A stretch of 63,511 bases of DNA, counting the filler, from Bigelowiella natans CCMP2755 (lineage: Eukaryota > Protista > Cercozoa): the NCBI GenBank assembly GCA_000320545.1. It is 8 parts of 8 records of this genome, joined end to end, with 100 filler letters (N's around TTAATTAATTAA, not from the genome) between each part and the next. Parts side by side here need not be neighbours in the genome. Positions count along the whole stretch, not along the records: positions 21,223 to 46,735 come from ADNK01000098.1; positions 46,836 to 49,663 come from ADNK01002037.1; positions 49,764 to 51,557 come from ADNK01000221.1; positions 51,658 to 53,021 come from ADNK01000124.1; 4 more parts are not named here. One strand, given 5' to 3'. Every line of letters starts with the position of its first letter. Positions within the stretch are counted from its first letter, which is position 1. The notes beneath the pieces are model-generated. The model made no database searches. It saw nothing but the letters and a program-made list of their open reading frames with translations, and had not been told where the DNA came from. The position numbers were made by a program, and so were the translations under genes. Shown one piece after another: positions 38,242 through 51,864 of the stretch.

Positions 38242-39109
38242 ACACATCAACCCGGCGTACAACTGTAAGTAGAATAGCATGCAACGCAAATAAATTAAAA
38301 CGAAACAACAATAGCAGGCTTATACTGTACGTCAACTTGTTTGCTGCTTTAGCTATAGCGATGCAGTGTAGTAGCTACACAGTTATAATGACACAAGCCA
38401 AGCGCATAGCTTCGTCATGCACGCGCGTTGCCTAACAAGCTACGTATGTACTGCCATTGTTAGCTTTGCTAATAAAGGGAGCGTATGGCTACGCTAATGG
38501 CTGCACTAGCCAGCACGCTATCGCTTCTACGATGTACGGAAAATAATGTTGCTCGCTATACGAATAAAGAGCATGCTGCGTGCGACACACGACGACTGCA
38601 TGGACGCATGCATATTTAAGCGCGGTGGCCGCTGCTTTGCTATATGGACCTAAAGGTCCCTATATTGCATAGCTATATTGCTATGACTAACATGCATAGA
38701 ACCATGACAATATACACACAGTATTACATGACGCTAGGTATATCCTCATCACACGTCTGGTGCTACGGTAGATCCGACAACATTCATGATATGTAATGAT
38801 CCGATTTATTTAGGTAAGATAATGATTAATATCATGCAGCATAGATGCAGCCAGTATTTTGCTGCTTTTATTGTATATTTTTGCCCCATGATGATTGTCA
38901 GTGGTATGTAGTGCGCGATGGCTGTGTACTGTATCGATATTCTGGCCAAGGTGGATTATGATGGGATCCTGTTTGCAATCGCATTTAATCCTATCAGTTC
39001 CTCATGAGCCAAGTATGAAGTGCTCGTCAGCTAATTTTGCGGCATGAGCTATGATGATGAACCACGAAATGGTCCGGATTCGAAGCAGTGCTTTCTTGCA
39101 GTGAAACTT

Positions 39110-40073
39110 TTACTCTTTTGTGACTTCGCCGCTGACCTGTGTGAGAATCAAGAGAGGATATTCGCATAAGATCACAGAGAATGCACGATTACTGGAAGAA
39201 ATTGCCCTGGCCCTCCTCCTTCTACTACCCTCTCCCGCTTCGCGAGCAGAACGTTACCTTGGAGAGCAGCACATCAATGTCCTTCACAAGCTCCTTACGG
39301 GAGTCTTCAAACAGCAGGTACCTAGACGTACAAATGTGAAAAGAGAACAAAAATCAAGATATTTCATCACGTAGTGCCGGCAGCACGAAAGCGGCCCTGC
39401 CAGCAGCATCGACGAACTAATGCCAGCGGTCGGCAACACAGCGACGGAAATTTCCCGATTACTAGCCATGTTCTGTATGCAAGGGAAGACGAGATACCAC
39501 CTGTATGCGAACCAGAGCGAGTAGCAAGTTCCTACGACTTCGGTAAAATATGGAACGAAAGGAAGTCCATCAATTGTAGTCACAACAGCGTTCGCTGTAA
39601 CGAGAGCAACCTGGCCAATAAAACAATGAGGGTGAATAGCAATCGAATAGAGAGCATATGAGCGCGACATAAAATGTGGCTAAAATAACGTATTCGAGCA
39701 TAAATGGTTCCACTCACCAGGGCGCCTCCAGCGTACACTGCAACCTGTCCTTTGTTCTCGGTCTTATCCCATTTCTGCGAACACAACCGTGAATGACAAA
39801 CATGTTCTCTTTCATATTGGACGACTGGCTACAAAGACAATTACTTACGTTGGTGAGATCCTCGAGAAGCTGATCGACTTCAATCTCTTTCTTTCCAGGC
39901 TTCTGTTCTGCGCGCACGGCAAGCGAGGGTCGCATCACTACCATACCATTGTTGCAGACTGAGACCTGCACATAGTGAAAATTGAGGGATCAATTATAGA
40001 GTAATAGGATGCCTCACTGAGCCCCCCCACCTTTTATCTTACTTCTCAAAAACGGGTTTTTTATTTTGCGTTC

Positions 40074-40111
<38 letters not shown>

Positions 40112-40640
40112 TCTCCCTCCCTCTCGCGGATGCGTACGCTCCCTAGCACGTGCACCACACATACAGACAAATAGATAAATAGAAAGGTGGAGAGAGGGAG
40201 GAAGAGAGAGAACATGTTCAGATTTAAATTATTTTGTTTAGTGAGCCAGGCATGTGCACGAGTCCATCTCCTTCTCCATCTCACCTTGGAGTTCGCCTTG
40301 GCACACTGTAGAGCCGATGCAGGAGTAAACTGGAGCCTGGTGTTAAGGTCAGCAGCGGAGCTCCTCAGTCCGTGTCCGCCAAGTGTGTGGATAGCAGCAG
40401 GGCAATGCTGTGCCTATTTTTTATCGACACGCAAAAGGAATCACGATAATATTCCGAAGAAATTTCACTCAAGGAAAACACCTTAATGCTGTTCATGCGA
40501 GAGAGTGCCGCCCTGGCGAGGAGATGGTCTGGACGTTGCTGGGAGGGACGGCCAAAAGTGAGAGCCGCCACTGCCAGGAGGGCGATAACAGCAGCAGCTC
40601 CAGCCAGCATGCTGATTCGAGAGTTGTTGAAGGATCTCAT
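39110..40640 (-). CDS. CURT1: CURVATURE THYLAKOID 1 (CAAD-domain) protein with bipartite plastid presequence
   Basis: Signal MRSFNNSRISMLAGAAAVIALLAVAALTF; core LLEDLTNKWDKTENKGQVAVYAGGALVALVTANAVVTTIDGLPFVPYFTEVVGTCYSLWFAYRYLLFEDSRKEL. Confidence 0.9.
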
Positions 40641-41629
40641 ATCGTTGTGCTTAGTTCGTTTATCTGAGCGCACATCAATCACATCAGGCTCAGGTCACGG
40701 TCCTATTCTCAGCTACATCAGCCTCGTTAAGAATTATCCGGTTGTGAATCGAAGTTGATCCAGTTCAAAATTATTCGCATTACAAAGCTGGTTGACTCTT
40801 CCAGTATACACACACAGATAGACGGCCACACAGACACACAGACACACATGTATATACGCACACACACAGAGAAGGGGAAAACCGTTCCGCAGAGAATACG
40901 AAGCCCGAGAAGATTCGAAGGAAATACGCACGCGCACGCGATCGCTGATCACTACCTGCCCGAATATTAGTGCCACGGATGCACAGCTTGTTGTATAAGC
41001 CGAATCTTGCTGAAAGCCCGGAGTTTGACGGATGTATCGGCTCAAAACGGCCTGTATTCGTGCATTCTTGCCAGGCGTCTGCCTAGATCACGAGCGCAGT
41101 GGGTCCTTAAAACTCAAGAGCGCTCCGGTCCTAGCACTGCTTGAAGACAACATTTATATGATATCGCATCTCTAAATCGACCTGTGTTTTGTATAATTCA
41201 TGAGCGAATCTTCCACAAGCGTCACAGCTCTTTTAGCTTAAAAGAAGGTCCTAAGGCAAGCGAATTCTGCTGTTTGGTCCGTGTCGCAATTCATAAATGC
41301 AGATTGTTCAGAGGATACGAAAAATACAGGTGCAAAAAAAATTTCGAAGGAAAAAGCTAAAAACGATGCCATGGATGACACGGCCAACAGAGCAAGCGAC
41401 TCATACCCAGGAAGAGTTTGCTCTGCGATTAACTCCTAATGTGGTTGTCGCATCTGCCGAAAGCAACCAACGGGGAGCCGGAAATAACTGTTCGAAAACG
41501 TGCTGTATCGCATGTCGCAGGGTTGGATTCTGTGTCATAGCGCCTTTTGTAATTCTCCTCCACCTGGCCTGGGTAACCCCCTCAGTTCGGCACGTGTCCA
41601 CGTGACCGCACAGCCCCAGTAAGAGGGAT

Positions 41630-43353
41630 ATGGGCTATACTGTGCTGGAGACCACGCATTGGGCACATGGTGATCTAGATCAGGGCTCGTCTTTTTCAAA
41701 TCGTATCTCAACCCGCCGCAAATACCTCGCCCGCGTCGCGTTGTGCACAGTTTTCGTACTCGGGTTGCAAATTGTACTTGCCACCACCGATGACGCTTCC
41801 CGGTTGTCCGCGCCTGCTTCTCCTAGGTTTGCTGTGTATTTATTTCGCGCGTTCGCAACTGAGCACGTGATCCTACGATAGGAACGATATCCTCGAGGAT
41901 TCCGGGCCCATGAGCGGATTCAGACAGTTTCTGGGTGGTGTCGAAAACGGATTTAACGCTATGAGCCACATGCTTCTAGGTACACCAACTGATGCCTGAG
42001 AAATATTCGGTACTGAATGTAACATGCTGAAAGTATAAGTATCATACACAAACAGGCGATAAAAGCCTATCGTCGATGACTGGACAGAAGCGGACAGAAC
42101 CGGAGACGGGGGTCTCCTTCCCACTTAAATACACGATGCAAGGGAAACAGGGCTCAGAACTAGACCTCATAGGGGTTGGAGTTCGTGCAAAATGGGGAAT
42201 CAAAGTCTATGCGGCTGCACTGTATGCTGATTCTAGAAGGTTGGAGCTTTTTCGCCTTACTCCCACCACACAAACACCTGAAATCTTGTTTATATTTCTG
42301 CAGAGCAAAGTCGGTACTGTCCAACTATAATGGAATAGATGCTGCATCGCTAGCAGACGATCCTGGATTTACCGAGGCAGTTAAACATGGTGAAGATCCC
42401 GCTTTCCTGTCGAATAATACTTGGATTTCATGTGGAAATTCTTTTCATTCCTAACCCCCCCAACCCCCCCCCAAGCCTCTACTCATTTTGAATATGCAGG
42501 TGATTTTGACAAAGCCATGGTCATGCAAATGACTCGCCGTATACCCCAGCCTATGCTGATGAAGTAATAAGTTACCTGTGAGTGGTGGTGCGAATACGTC
42601 TTACTTGCATAAAGCACGCCTAGACCATGTTACATTCATCTGGGATACTACTACTAACTCCTCACTATCATCACCACCCTCCCCTCCCTCTCCAAGGGCA
42701 ATAGGAACAAGTATCAATCCCCGACTAAAACCGTCGGAGAAGAAAATTCTGCCGACGTTCGATAGGATAGTAGACAGTGCATTAAACGAAATCGGCGTCA
42801 TCAATAGAGATACGCAGGTATCTACTGTGTTCTACTGGACTAAAGACCGACTTCTCATTTGCTCATTTCCTGGAACAACTCTAAATGCTATCGATGGTAT
42901 GTCAGATTCGTATGGAGGTTTCCCGCAAGAACTCTCTGTGTGTCTCTGTGAACAAAGTCCCTCCTCGCTCGCTCAGGAACAAGCCCTTGTGTGACGCCAT
43001 CGTTGACATGTAATAGTGCAACAGAATGTTAATCGCAGAGATGACTATTTTGATATCGTTCCCTGAGCATTGTCCGCAATAGGTACGTTGGAGCGGATCC
43101 TGTATCTCCGGCGGCCAAGAAGGACATTTGTGCTGGGTTCTCCCGTTTGTTAGCCCCCTCCTCTCGGCCCAGCCTCAACCTAAAAGTGCCAGGGATGTTC
43201 TCCAGGAAGCCGGAGACGCTAGAGACGATTCCCATGGGAAAGAGCAAAGCTACTACCACTGGTACTACTGCCTCGGAGCAGAGGAGTCCTCCAGCAGCAG
43301 CTCCCATGGGACGACCTGCACTACATGTCTGGGAACGTGAATACGAAAGATAA
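41630..43353 (+). CDS. Chalcone-isomerase-fold fatty-acid-binding protein (FAP-like), with signal-peptide-like N-terminus
   Basis: EPETGVSFP...LIGVGVRAKWGIKVYAAALY...LCDAIVDMYVGADPVSPAAK. Confidence 0.85.
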
Positions 43354-44144
43354 TGATACCAAGTAGCGATTAGCCAGTAGCCAGATGATGAGCTGAAATG
43401 TCGAATATAGCCTGACACTTCCTCTCCGAGTAATCACGTGATATGGGCTACTGAGGGGCGTCTTGATTAGAATTGTTAAGTCATACTCCGTGCATAGGGA
43501 TTTACGCTTGCACATTGATTAAATGCACGCCTTCGTATATCCACCTCACTTGCCGAAACGACAGCAACGCAGCCATTAGTCAGGCTAGTAGTATTTACAC
43601 GGCCTACATGCACATGCCATTATGAAGAGTGCAACCATTTTGTATGCGCTGCACGCCATGAGGACTGTGCATCCTGCTCAGTCGATCTAGTATAGTGCTG
43701 CACATTGCAAAACTTCCGAAACGAAGAGGACGCAAATTTGGTAGGTACATAGGTGCGTATAGCTAGGCAGACAGCATGTGTAGTTGCTGGGATATGCAAA
43801 CGTACTGCATCGTCGAAGTATAGAAGCATAGCTAGTACAGTCATACCATCTATACTGACACGTTTTGCAATTTAGCGACGCTGTATGGCACATGCATGTG
43901 CTCTAGGACGCACACATGCATAGTAGCTACATTAGGATGACTATTGAAAATATTTAATCACTTCATAAATAATGACATCCGTCTCACAATTGCGTACTAT
44001 TGAAAAATGTAATTCCTTCATTACGTCCGTCTCGTAAATGTATACTTATACATATACATATTATATTAATAGGTGCTAACTGATGATTGCACGGTGCATT
44101 AAATATGAACAGCCCGCCGCTCCTGGCTGTACTATGATTCATTT

Positions 44145-44474
44145 CTACGCTAATGTCTCAGGGTATTGAAAGGTGACACATAGCATTCGTTCTTTCGGAG
44201 AAGTCATCCTCACTTCATGAATCCTTGGCGCTTCCTTCACACGTGAGTAAATGATCGAGTGGGGAGGGCGCAGGGAAAGAGACGGAAAAAAAAGGGGGGG
44301 GGGGGGGGGGGAAGGAGTAGAACGTAATATGGGCAGCAATGAGTATGTAGACGGGGAATAAATGAAGATTTCATGCTCCTTTTCCTCCTCCCCCCTCCTC
44401 CTCGGAGTAATACCCTATCCATTCAGGAGGGACAGATGCCGATGGAAAGGACAAGTGTTAAACTCAGTAGGAGG

Positions 44475-44509
<35 letters not shown>

Positions 44510-44737
44510 ATGCTAATACTACCAACAGTGCGCCGCCAAGGTGCTCCTCGATCCGTGCTCTAATATCGTCGTTCGTTTCCCTCACGTCCGCGAACATGTA
44601 GACGTGTATTAGCGGCAGGCTCCTGCCCTTCCATGCCTGGTGTGACGATGATGATGATGGTGGTGGTGGTGGTGGTGGTGGTGGATTCATGTCAATAATT
44701 TCGATATTGTATAAAACACGCACACATACACACACAC

Positions 44738-44779
<42 letters not shown>

Positions 44780-45757
44780 TGTGTTTATTATATATGGTAT
44801 TCATGTGCATACATGCTACATACACCCCAACCCTGGAGTCTACGCTGACAAACCCGTGAACGTGTAAATATTGATGTGAAAAGAATAAGAATAAATACTG
44901 GGTACGCCATCAAATTTTCCGTCCGCGAAAGCGCACGTACAACAAGGCACAAGCCACAGCCGACGAACGGTTGGCGAAGTGTTCAACGCGGCAAGACAGG
45001 CAACCACAGCAACTTACGTCCGCAGAGAGCTTTCCTCGAAATACGTCCAGGAACTTCACAGCTGCGTGGTCAAATGAATCGGTCAGAATCACCAATATTT
45101 CGCAATGGAACGATGGCAATGTGGACACACAAAGATCACCACCTATTCTGGGAAGATTCATCACCACGTGATCGTACGCTAGGCCTTTAAAAGGATGGGG
45201 GGGGGAGATTGGAATGCATAAGGCAGCAGCTAGGAAACAAGGCAGTGTTTACACGAAGTTAAACGACGCGCCAAATAAGTAGAAAAATACAATAAGTAAC
45301 ACTGTGTGTGCATGCATGCATGCATGCATGCATGTATGTGTGTGTCGCGCGCGCACACACAAAGGTATTGCAGGAAAAACCTTGTGCAGGAACGTTGATC
45401 TTGGGCAAAGCATTTAAGGTGGTGTTGGCTTGGGGTTCGGCAGCCACCGAGGAGCCACCAGCCAGGAAAGAAACAACCTCTCTGATTACATATTATACGC
45501 TTGAGCGCATGAGTGCCTGCGGGGGTGCTCTCATTCATTCGTGCGTCGTTACATGCATGGTCATGGTTGCGTCGCTTCATTTCCGTGAGGACCGACCTTG
45601 CATCGGCGTTGGAGGGAACCACCAACCCCTGGACTGAGTTGAGACTTTTGATGATTCAGGTCAAACACATTTTATCACGTGCAGGAGAGGGAGAGGAGGA
45701 GGGGGGGGATGGAGGGAAAGATTATGGAACGATCAGAGACGCAGAAGATGTGCAATG

Positions 45758-45851
<94 letters not shown>

Positions 45852-46466
45852 GAGAGAGGTGCCTATGTATATGCGTGGGAGAGTTTAAAACATCATTACC
45901 CAAAAAGGCAGGAAGTGTGTATGTGTGTGTGCGTGTGTGTGTTTTGTCAGGCGGGTCACCGAATCATCAATTGATTCGCAAAAGTTAAAAAAAAAAATCA
46001 TAAACAAAAGCATCATCAACGTTTCTTTTTGCCCAGCAACACAGCAGCTCCCGTGGGGGTTTCTTCTAAAAAAGACAACTGTCTCTATACCATCAAGTCA
46101 CCTACCCGAGGTTCACCTCCAGCCACCGTACGCTATCCGCGTTCAAGTCGTTTGCGTAGACCTTGCATCCCTGAGTGTCAGCGGAGCAGCCCCCGAGCCA
46201 CAACAGCAATGAGGATATTTTCAAAATCAACACCGAATAATAACATCATCAAAGGCCAATTGCCGTGCCAACGAGGGGTGGATGCGCGTTGTTTCGTCGT
46301 GAAGAAAACCCTTCCCCTTAGCAAACAGATCGCCCCCCTCGATACATGCAGCCAGACTACCACACATCACATGAGCACGACCACACCAGCTCCCCCACTA
46401 AAAAACACCTTTTTCGCAGCGGGTATGGAGAACGGTCCCACGCCGCACATCAGATCCAGAATCACC
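44145..46466 (-). CDS. TRM5: tRNA (guanine37-N1)-methyltransferase; 5' part in gap
   Basis: VILDLMCGVGPFSIPAAKK/GCKVYANDLN...DHVVMNLP..AVKFLDVFRG...LPLIHVY...IHEVRMTSPKERMLCVTF. Confidence 0.88.
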
Positions 46467-47002
46467 TGCCAGCACGCACAAAAAGGATGATGGGTTGGAG
46501 CGCCGCACCCCCCCCCGGCATGGGAGAGGAAAAGAACGACAACAGGTTTGCACGGCTTTTCTTTGCTGTAATGATGATCAGGAGTAAGCTTTCCTTTCAG
46601 CGAATAATATCACTGACTTAAAGAAACTTGGCTGCCCTCTCGCATCTCTCTCCCCATCTCTATCATCGTTCTGGCCGCTCGCTCACTCTCTGCGTGGCAC
46701 ACACACACACACACACACGGGGGGGGGGGGGGGGGNNNNNNNNNNNNNNNNNNNNNNNNNNNNNNNNNNNNNNNNNNNNTTAATTAATTAANNNNNNNNN
46801 NNNNNNNNNNNNNNNNNNNNNNNNNNNNNNNNNNNCCTCTTCTTCTTCTTCTTGTGCCCTTCTGTCTACACCAGCAATGATGATGAAGGCTATTGCTTTC
46901 ATCATCATCATAATCATCATCACCATCATCGTCATTATAATTATAACTTACTACCGCCACTCAACCATCCCCCCCCCCCCCCCCCCCCTTCTCCTCGTGC
47001 AG

Positions 47003-47364
47003 AGAAGAAGAGAGCCTTCGCCACTCCCGACGCTCGCCAGTTCGGCGACGAGCGGCAGGGCAAGATGGGGATGCTGAGGACCATACCGGGGCACTCGCAG
47101 ATACACGCCTCGAAGGGCGACGCGTTTATGATGCGCCGCGACGAAACGCCCGTTTGGGAGAAGCCGCAGACCTCCTACGAATGGTACATCTTCCTCTACC
47201 TCGCGTACCATCTGGAGGCGTGGATCATGAGGCAGCATGCCTACTCGTGGGTGAGCGAGAGGACGGGGTACTCGCTCGAGGGACAGCTCCGGGTCATCGC
47301 CAGCACCAAGTTCCAGCTGTACTGTATAGTCTTCCTCTGCCTCGTGTGGTACTTGCTCTTCTGA
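47003..47364 (+). CDS. Last exon of a tail-anchored protein resembling the SMPD4 (nSMase3) C-terminus
   Basis: WEKPQTSYEWYIFLYLAYHLE...QLRVIAS plus a terminal TM helix resembles the P(I)xSYE...NLRFLAS tail of SMPD4-like proteins. The rest of the gene lies in the gap. Confidence 0.45.
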
Positions 47365-48469
47365 GCTGTTCCGAGCAGCCGGCCGCTGCTGGATCTAGGC
47401 GTTTCTTGCATGCATCTTTTGTATTAGAGGTGGGAGAACGTCACGTTTGCGACGGGCTGCCGGTACAACATGCGAACCACCTGTGCACGATGATGTGATT
47501 GCGACGTGCATGAGAGCATTGAGCGCTACTAGCAAATATAGGCATAGGCAATCGATCAGAAGAGGGTGGAGGAGGATGTGAAGAAAGCATGCGCATGTGT
47601 GATGATTCGCCTTTCCGCCCGCGGCATGAGAAAATGTGCGGGATCGAAGTGTAGCGATGGAAAAAGTGACGCGAGCTTGCATGTCTAGATGTGCTAGTGT
47701 GCACGGGCCGGAGAAGAAGAAGATGGATGCGAATGGCCAGATCACATCGCTGCTTGCTATGGCAAGACGTACTCGGTTCCTGCCTGAAAGCAAGCTGGTT
47801 CTCATTGCCGTGCACAAGAGAGCATGTGAGTCTAATATCATTGTGTCGCGACGACTGCTCGATGCGATTTTTAGGAGTCAGAGGACTGCAAAGCAGCTGC
47901 TTGGGGATTGACCGTTAAGAAAACTGCAAACGCGCTGCATTGAACAACCATCGATGGGTGATGCCGAAACCAAACGACTGGGAGAGAGGTCGGATCGGTC
48001 GCTCAATCCGGCTGCTCACCGGACTACTAGCTTGCTTCAGCCATGCCGCCATTGTGTGCACATGCGACTGCTGCTCTAGGCTAGCAGGGGGCTCTGTGAA
48101 TCTTAATGCGACTATCATGGGACAGCACACATTGCGGACATTTCTAGATGAGGTCATGCTAGCATGTGCCTTGCTAGCTTGCCTAAATGACTGCGACACA
48201 TAATCTGCGTTGATTAATTCATTGCAACACGTAACGTTACTTGTGACAGCTTGCCATCAGCATGTGCTTCTGCGCAGGCGGTGCACGGGGTGCATCCACA
48301 TTGTCAGCGATTGCTGCGCATGGACTACATCGCTGCTGCTGCATGTGTGGCAGCGACTACTAAGAAAGAAGCCTGTCGGCCCTTCCAACCTACACGGAAT
48401 AGGATCATTCGCGATGATGATGCACAACGCATGTAACAGGGCATCGCGCGTCGGCTGCAGCCGCTATTG

Positions 48470-48854
48470 CTACTTCCTACCCAACCGCCCAGGCTTCAGG
48501 TAGACTGTGTGCACCGTCGTTCCCGACGGGTCATTGGCCTTCGCGCTGGCAGCGGTCCTCCGGATGCTCCGCAGCTGCTTCCGCTCGGCGTTCGCGTCGT
48601 GCAAGAGGTCGGAGTACTGGTAGTAGTAGAAGTTGCAGGAGACTGGGTAGAGCTTGTTCAGCGCCACGAAGCGGGCTAGATTCCACCGCTCCCGCGTCCT
48701 CTCCGGGACGCGCGGGTCGAACCCGCCGAAGTATTGGATTTTGGCATTGCGCTCGGTGAGCATGAGGTGCAGGAACGCGATGCGGTGACGTCCTTGCCGC
48801 GGCCTGGATCCCCGAGCGGTGGTGAAACGGTCCACGTCTTCAGGACCCTGATAC
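48470..48854 (-). CDS. PEBP-family domain, last exon (possibly mitoribosomal mL38-like)
   Basis: YQGP...GRHRIAFL...RERWNLARFVALNKLYPVSCNFYYYQY, followed by a basic tail. Confidence 0.6.
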
Positions 48855-49800
48855 CTGTGCACGAGGACGAGAGAGAAAGAGGGGGGAGGGGGGGGGAGAG
48901 AGAGAAAGAGAGAAGGAGAGAGATCAACGGGAGGAGGGGGCAGAGAGGGCATGAGAGGGCATGAGAGGACATGAGAGGGCATGAGATGCTAATGTTGGCG
49001 GGAACACCAAGTGGAGGGAGAAAGGCCGACGGAGAAGGTGGTTTGTATTATAGCAGACGACAAGGTGCGATGAATCAATATAGAGAGCAGCAGCTTTCAG
49101 TCTCTTCTTCTTCTTCCTCTTCTTCCCCATCTTCTTCAACACTCACTCGGCGATTGTCGTTCCCGACTGCACGTCCTTCGTCGCGCCGACCACGAGCCAA
49201 TGGAGGTAGGGGCCCTGTCGATACCATTATCCTCATGAAGAGAAAAAAGAAGGGAAAATCGCTGTTTTTACACGTTCGCTCTCTGAATCTATAACACTGC
49301 TGCTGCTGGCTACTACCCGACTGCCCCCCCTCGTCGGCTCCGCCTCATTCCCTCTCATCGCCTACAGGTTGGTGGAGGTGGGTGACACGTTGGGAAGGTC
49401 AGGGAGACGGGGGGGGGGGGGAGGCGAGGAAAGGGTGGCGAGAGGATAGCAACACGGGAAAGCACAGCATCATCATCGTCGTCGTCAAATGGGGCGCCGA
49501 GGAGGCACAGCGAGTGAACGAATTAATGGCCAAACCGGCTCCGTGTGGTCGGGGTCAAAGCAGACGATTACGCTCGCATACGAACTCGGGTAGTCCCAGT
49601 GAATAGCCGGGGGCTGTGACAGGGCCGGGGTGTGCGCCGCCCCCTCCAGAATAGCGAGCGGCGNNNNNNNNNNNNNNNNNNNNNNNNNNNNNNNNNNNNN
49701 NNNNNNNTTAATTAATTAANNNNNNNNNNNNNNNNNNNNNNNNNNNNNNNNNNNNNNNNNNNNGCGGGGTATAAGTTAGGAGTAGTAAGTATATATATAT

Positions 49801-49839
<39 letters not shown>

Positions 49840-49936
49840 CAAAAACCGTCGATGTAAGGCAATAGAAATGTTTATACTTGAAATCATCACTGACATCAAG
49901 TAGAGATCAAAAAATACCTTTATGCATTGCCAACAG

Positions 49937-51190
49937 GCAGGACAAGCAGTCCAAAAGATAGCACTGGGCTCTACGACGAAGACACAGGAAGAGCTTCACA
50001 CGTTTCTCCGCTCCATTGCATCCAGGTACTTGAGATGTTTCATTCGCGTTTGCTCGCAGTGGTAGTGTGAGTAGTACTCAGAAATGCAGAAGAAGGGCTG
50101 TGCTGTTCTATACTATCATGCCACGAAACGAAGTTTCCTCATTCGGTGCGAAAATAACACTTAGCTGGACGGCAGACAAGTATCATCTCCTGCAGCATAA
50201 CTGCAATAACTTCTCTGACACAGTGTGCAAGTTCCTTCTCGGGAAGCCGATACCCTCTTTCATTACAGGTGGTCACAATAAGCACCCACTTTCTATGGTG
50301 TTGGAAGAGCCATCTCACCCTCTCCACCTCTATGCACTCTGATCATGTATTCTTGTTGCTGTCGTTCATCTTCTTCTTTGTGTTTCCCCCCTGCTGCCAT
50401 CATCGCATAGGGCTTCCTTCTCAAGTTCTCTCGACACCGATGGGCTCCATGATTGCAGGGTTTGTCAACAGATTGGGGGGATTGTGTGTAAGGAAGATGG
50501 GATGGAGGGGAAGGGGGGGGGGGCGAAGACGAACGCCTGGTTCAACTTTTTGTGGAGAACTCAATATTTTGGAAAAATATTTTGAAGACACTTCCAATAC
50601 CGGCGTTGTTACAAGGTTGCGAGCAAAGTCCAATGTTTGCGGCAGATCCGCCCAATCCAGTGTGGTTTTGGAGACCCCATGCATGCATAATATACACATC
50701 GTCCGAATCTCTCCAGATAATTCCCTCTCCCCCCACCCCCCGCCTTCCCTTGCAGGTACTATGAGAATATGGCCAAGCAGCAGACGGACTCGTTCGTGCC
50801 AACAGGGTAAAATAACAGAAAGATACTGCTGTGGAGAGTGATGGACATATGTTTCTTTTGTCGCGCCGCCGCATTCAAGAAAAAAAGAAAGGAAAACAAA
50901 AGAATTGCGTGCTGTATTGGCGGGGGTTTTATATGATTACGGAAGCTACACGACAATATCGACGCTCGTTGTGTCGCCGGTCGCCTCAATCACAATGCCC
51001 CCGTTTTATCTATGCAAACATACCCAGGAGCGGGGACTTGAATCTACCGCCTATAGGGGGGGGGGCGTCGATGGAGAGTCTTGGTGTGACCGGAGCAGGG
51101 ACTTCTTCTTCTTCTTCTTCATCAACGTCGTTATCAACGGAAGGCCTTGGCACTAAAGACCTCACGGGAAAGCTTATCCGGAAAGTAGTA
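49937..51190 (+). CDS. PPPDE/DeSI desumoylating isopeptidase domain, partial between gaps
   Basis: IALGSTTKTQEELHTFLRSI/..ADKYHLLQHNCNNFSDTVCKFLLGKPIPSFIT/GLPSQVLSTPMG, with the catalytic NCN motif. Confidence 0.85.
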
Positions 51191-51864
51191 GTAGCAGCAG
51201 CAGCAGCAGCAGCAGCAGCACCGCCTCACACTATGTAACACTATTTTTCTCCTCGTTACTCCGCTGGCCTGATGCTGTTCGATCTTGCCTGTTGCTTCCT
51301 TCCTCTCCCTCCCCCTTGTTGTCGGCACGGTGGATGGGTGGGAAGGTGTGGAACGAGAACGATAGTAAGGCCGCCCGGAAGACGCTGTCGCTGCTCTCGT
51401 AGGTGCTTGAGAGGGGAAAATGTCATTGGTGACGAGATCCCACATAAGATGAAAATTCCAACGATTATTCCCATGAATACGCCTGGCGCTTGAAGCCATC
51501 ATCACGCGTCCAAAATCGTCGGAATCGTTTTTCCTTCACACTTGAAACCAGATGTGANNNNNNNNNNNNNNNNNNNNNNNNNNNNNNNNNNNNNNNNNNN
51601 NTTAATTAATTAANNNNNNNNNNNNNNNNNNNNNNNNNNNNNNNNNNNNNNNNNNNNTCCGAGTCAGGCATGTAGCATTGTTATTAGGATATCCGACAAC
51701 AAGTTTCCTCATATTTAGATTAATTTGCTGGGACATTTTACTTGATGCTCTCTAATATTGGGAACTTTTGGATTTGTCTTGATAATTTTTCGGCTGGCCC
51801 AGGAGTCTTTCCCCCCCCTTCGATTTTCCCGCGAGTTTAGTCGGTACGGAAATTTGGAGGAAGG

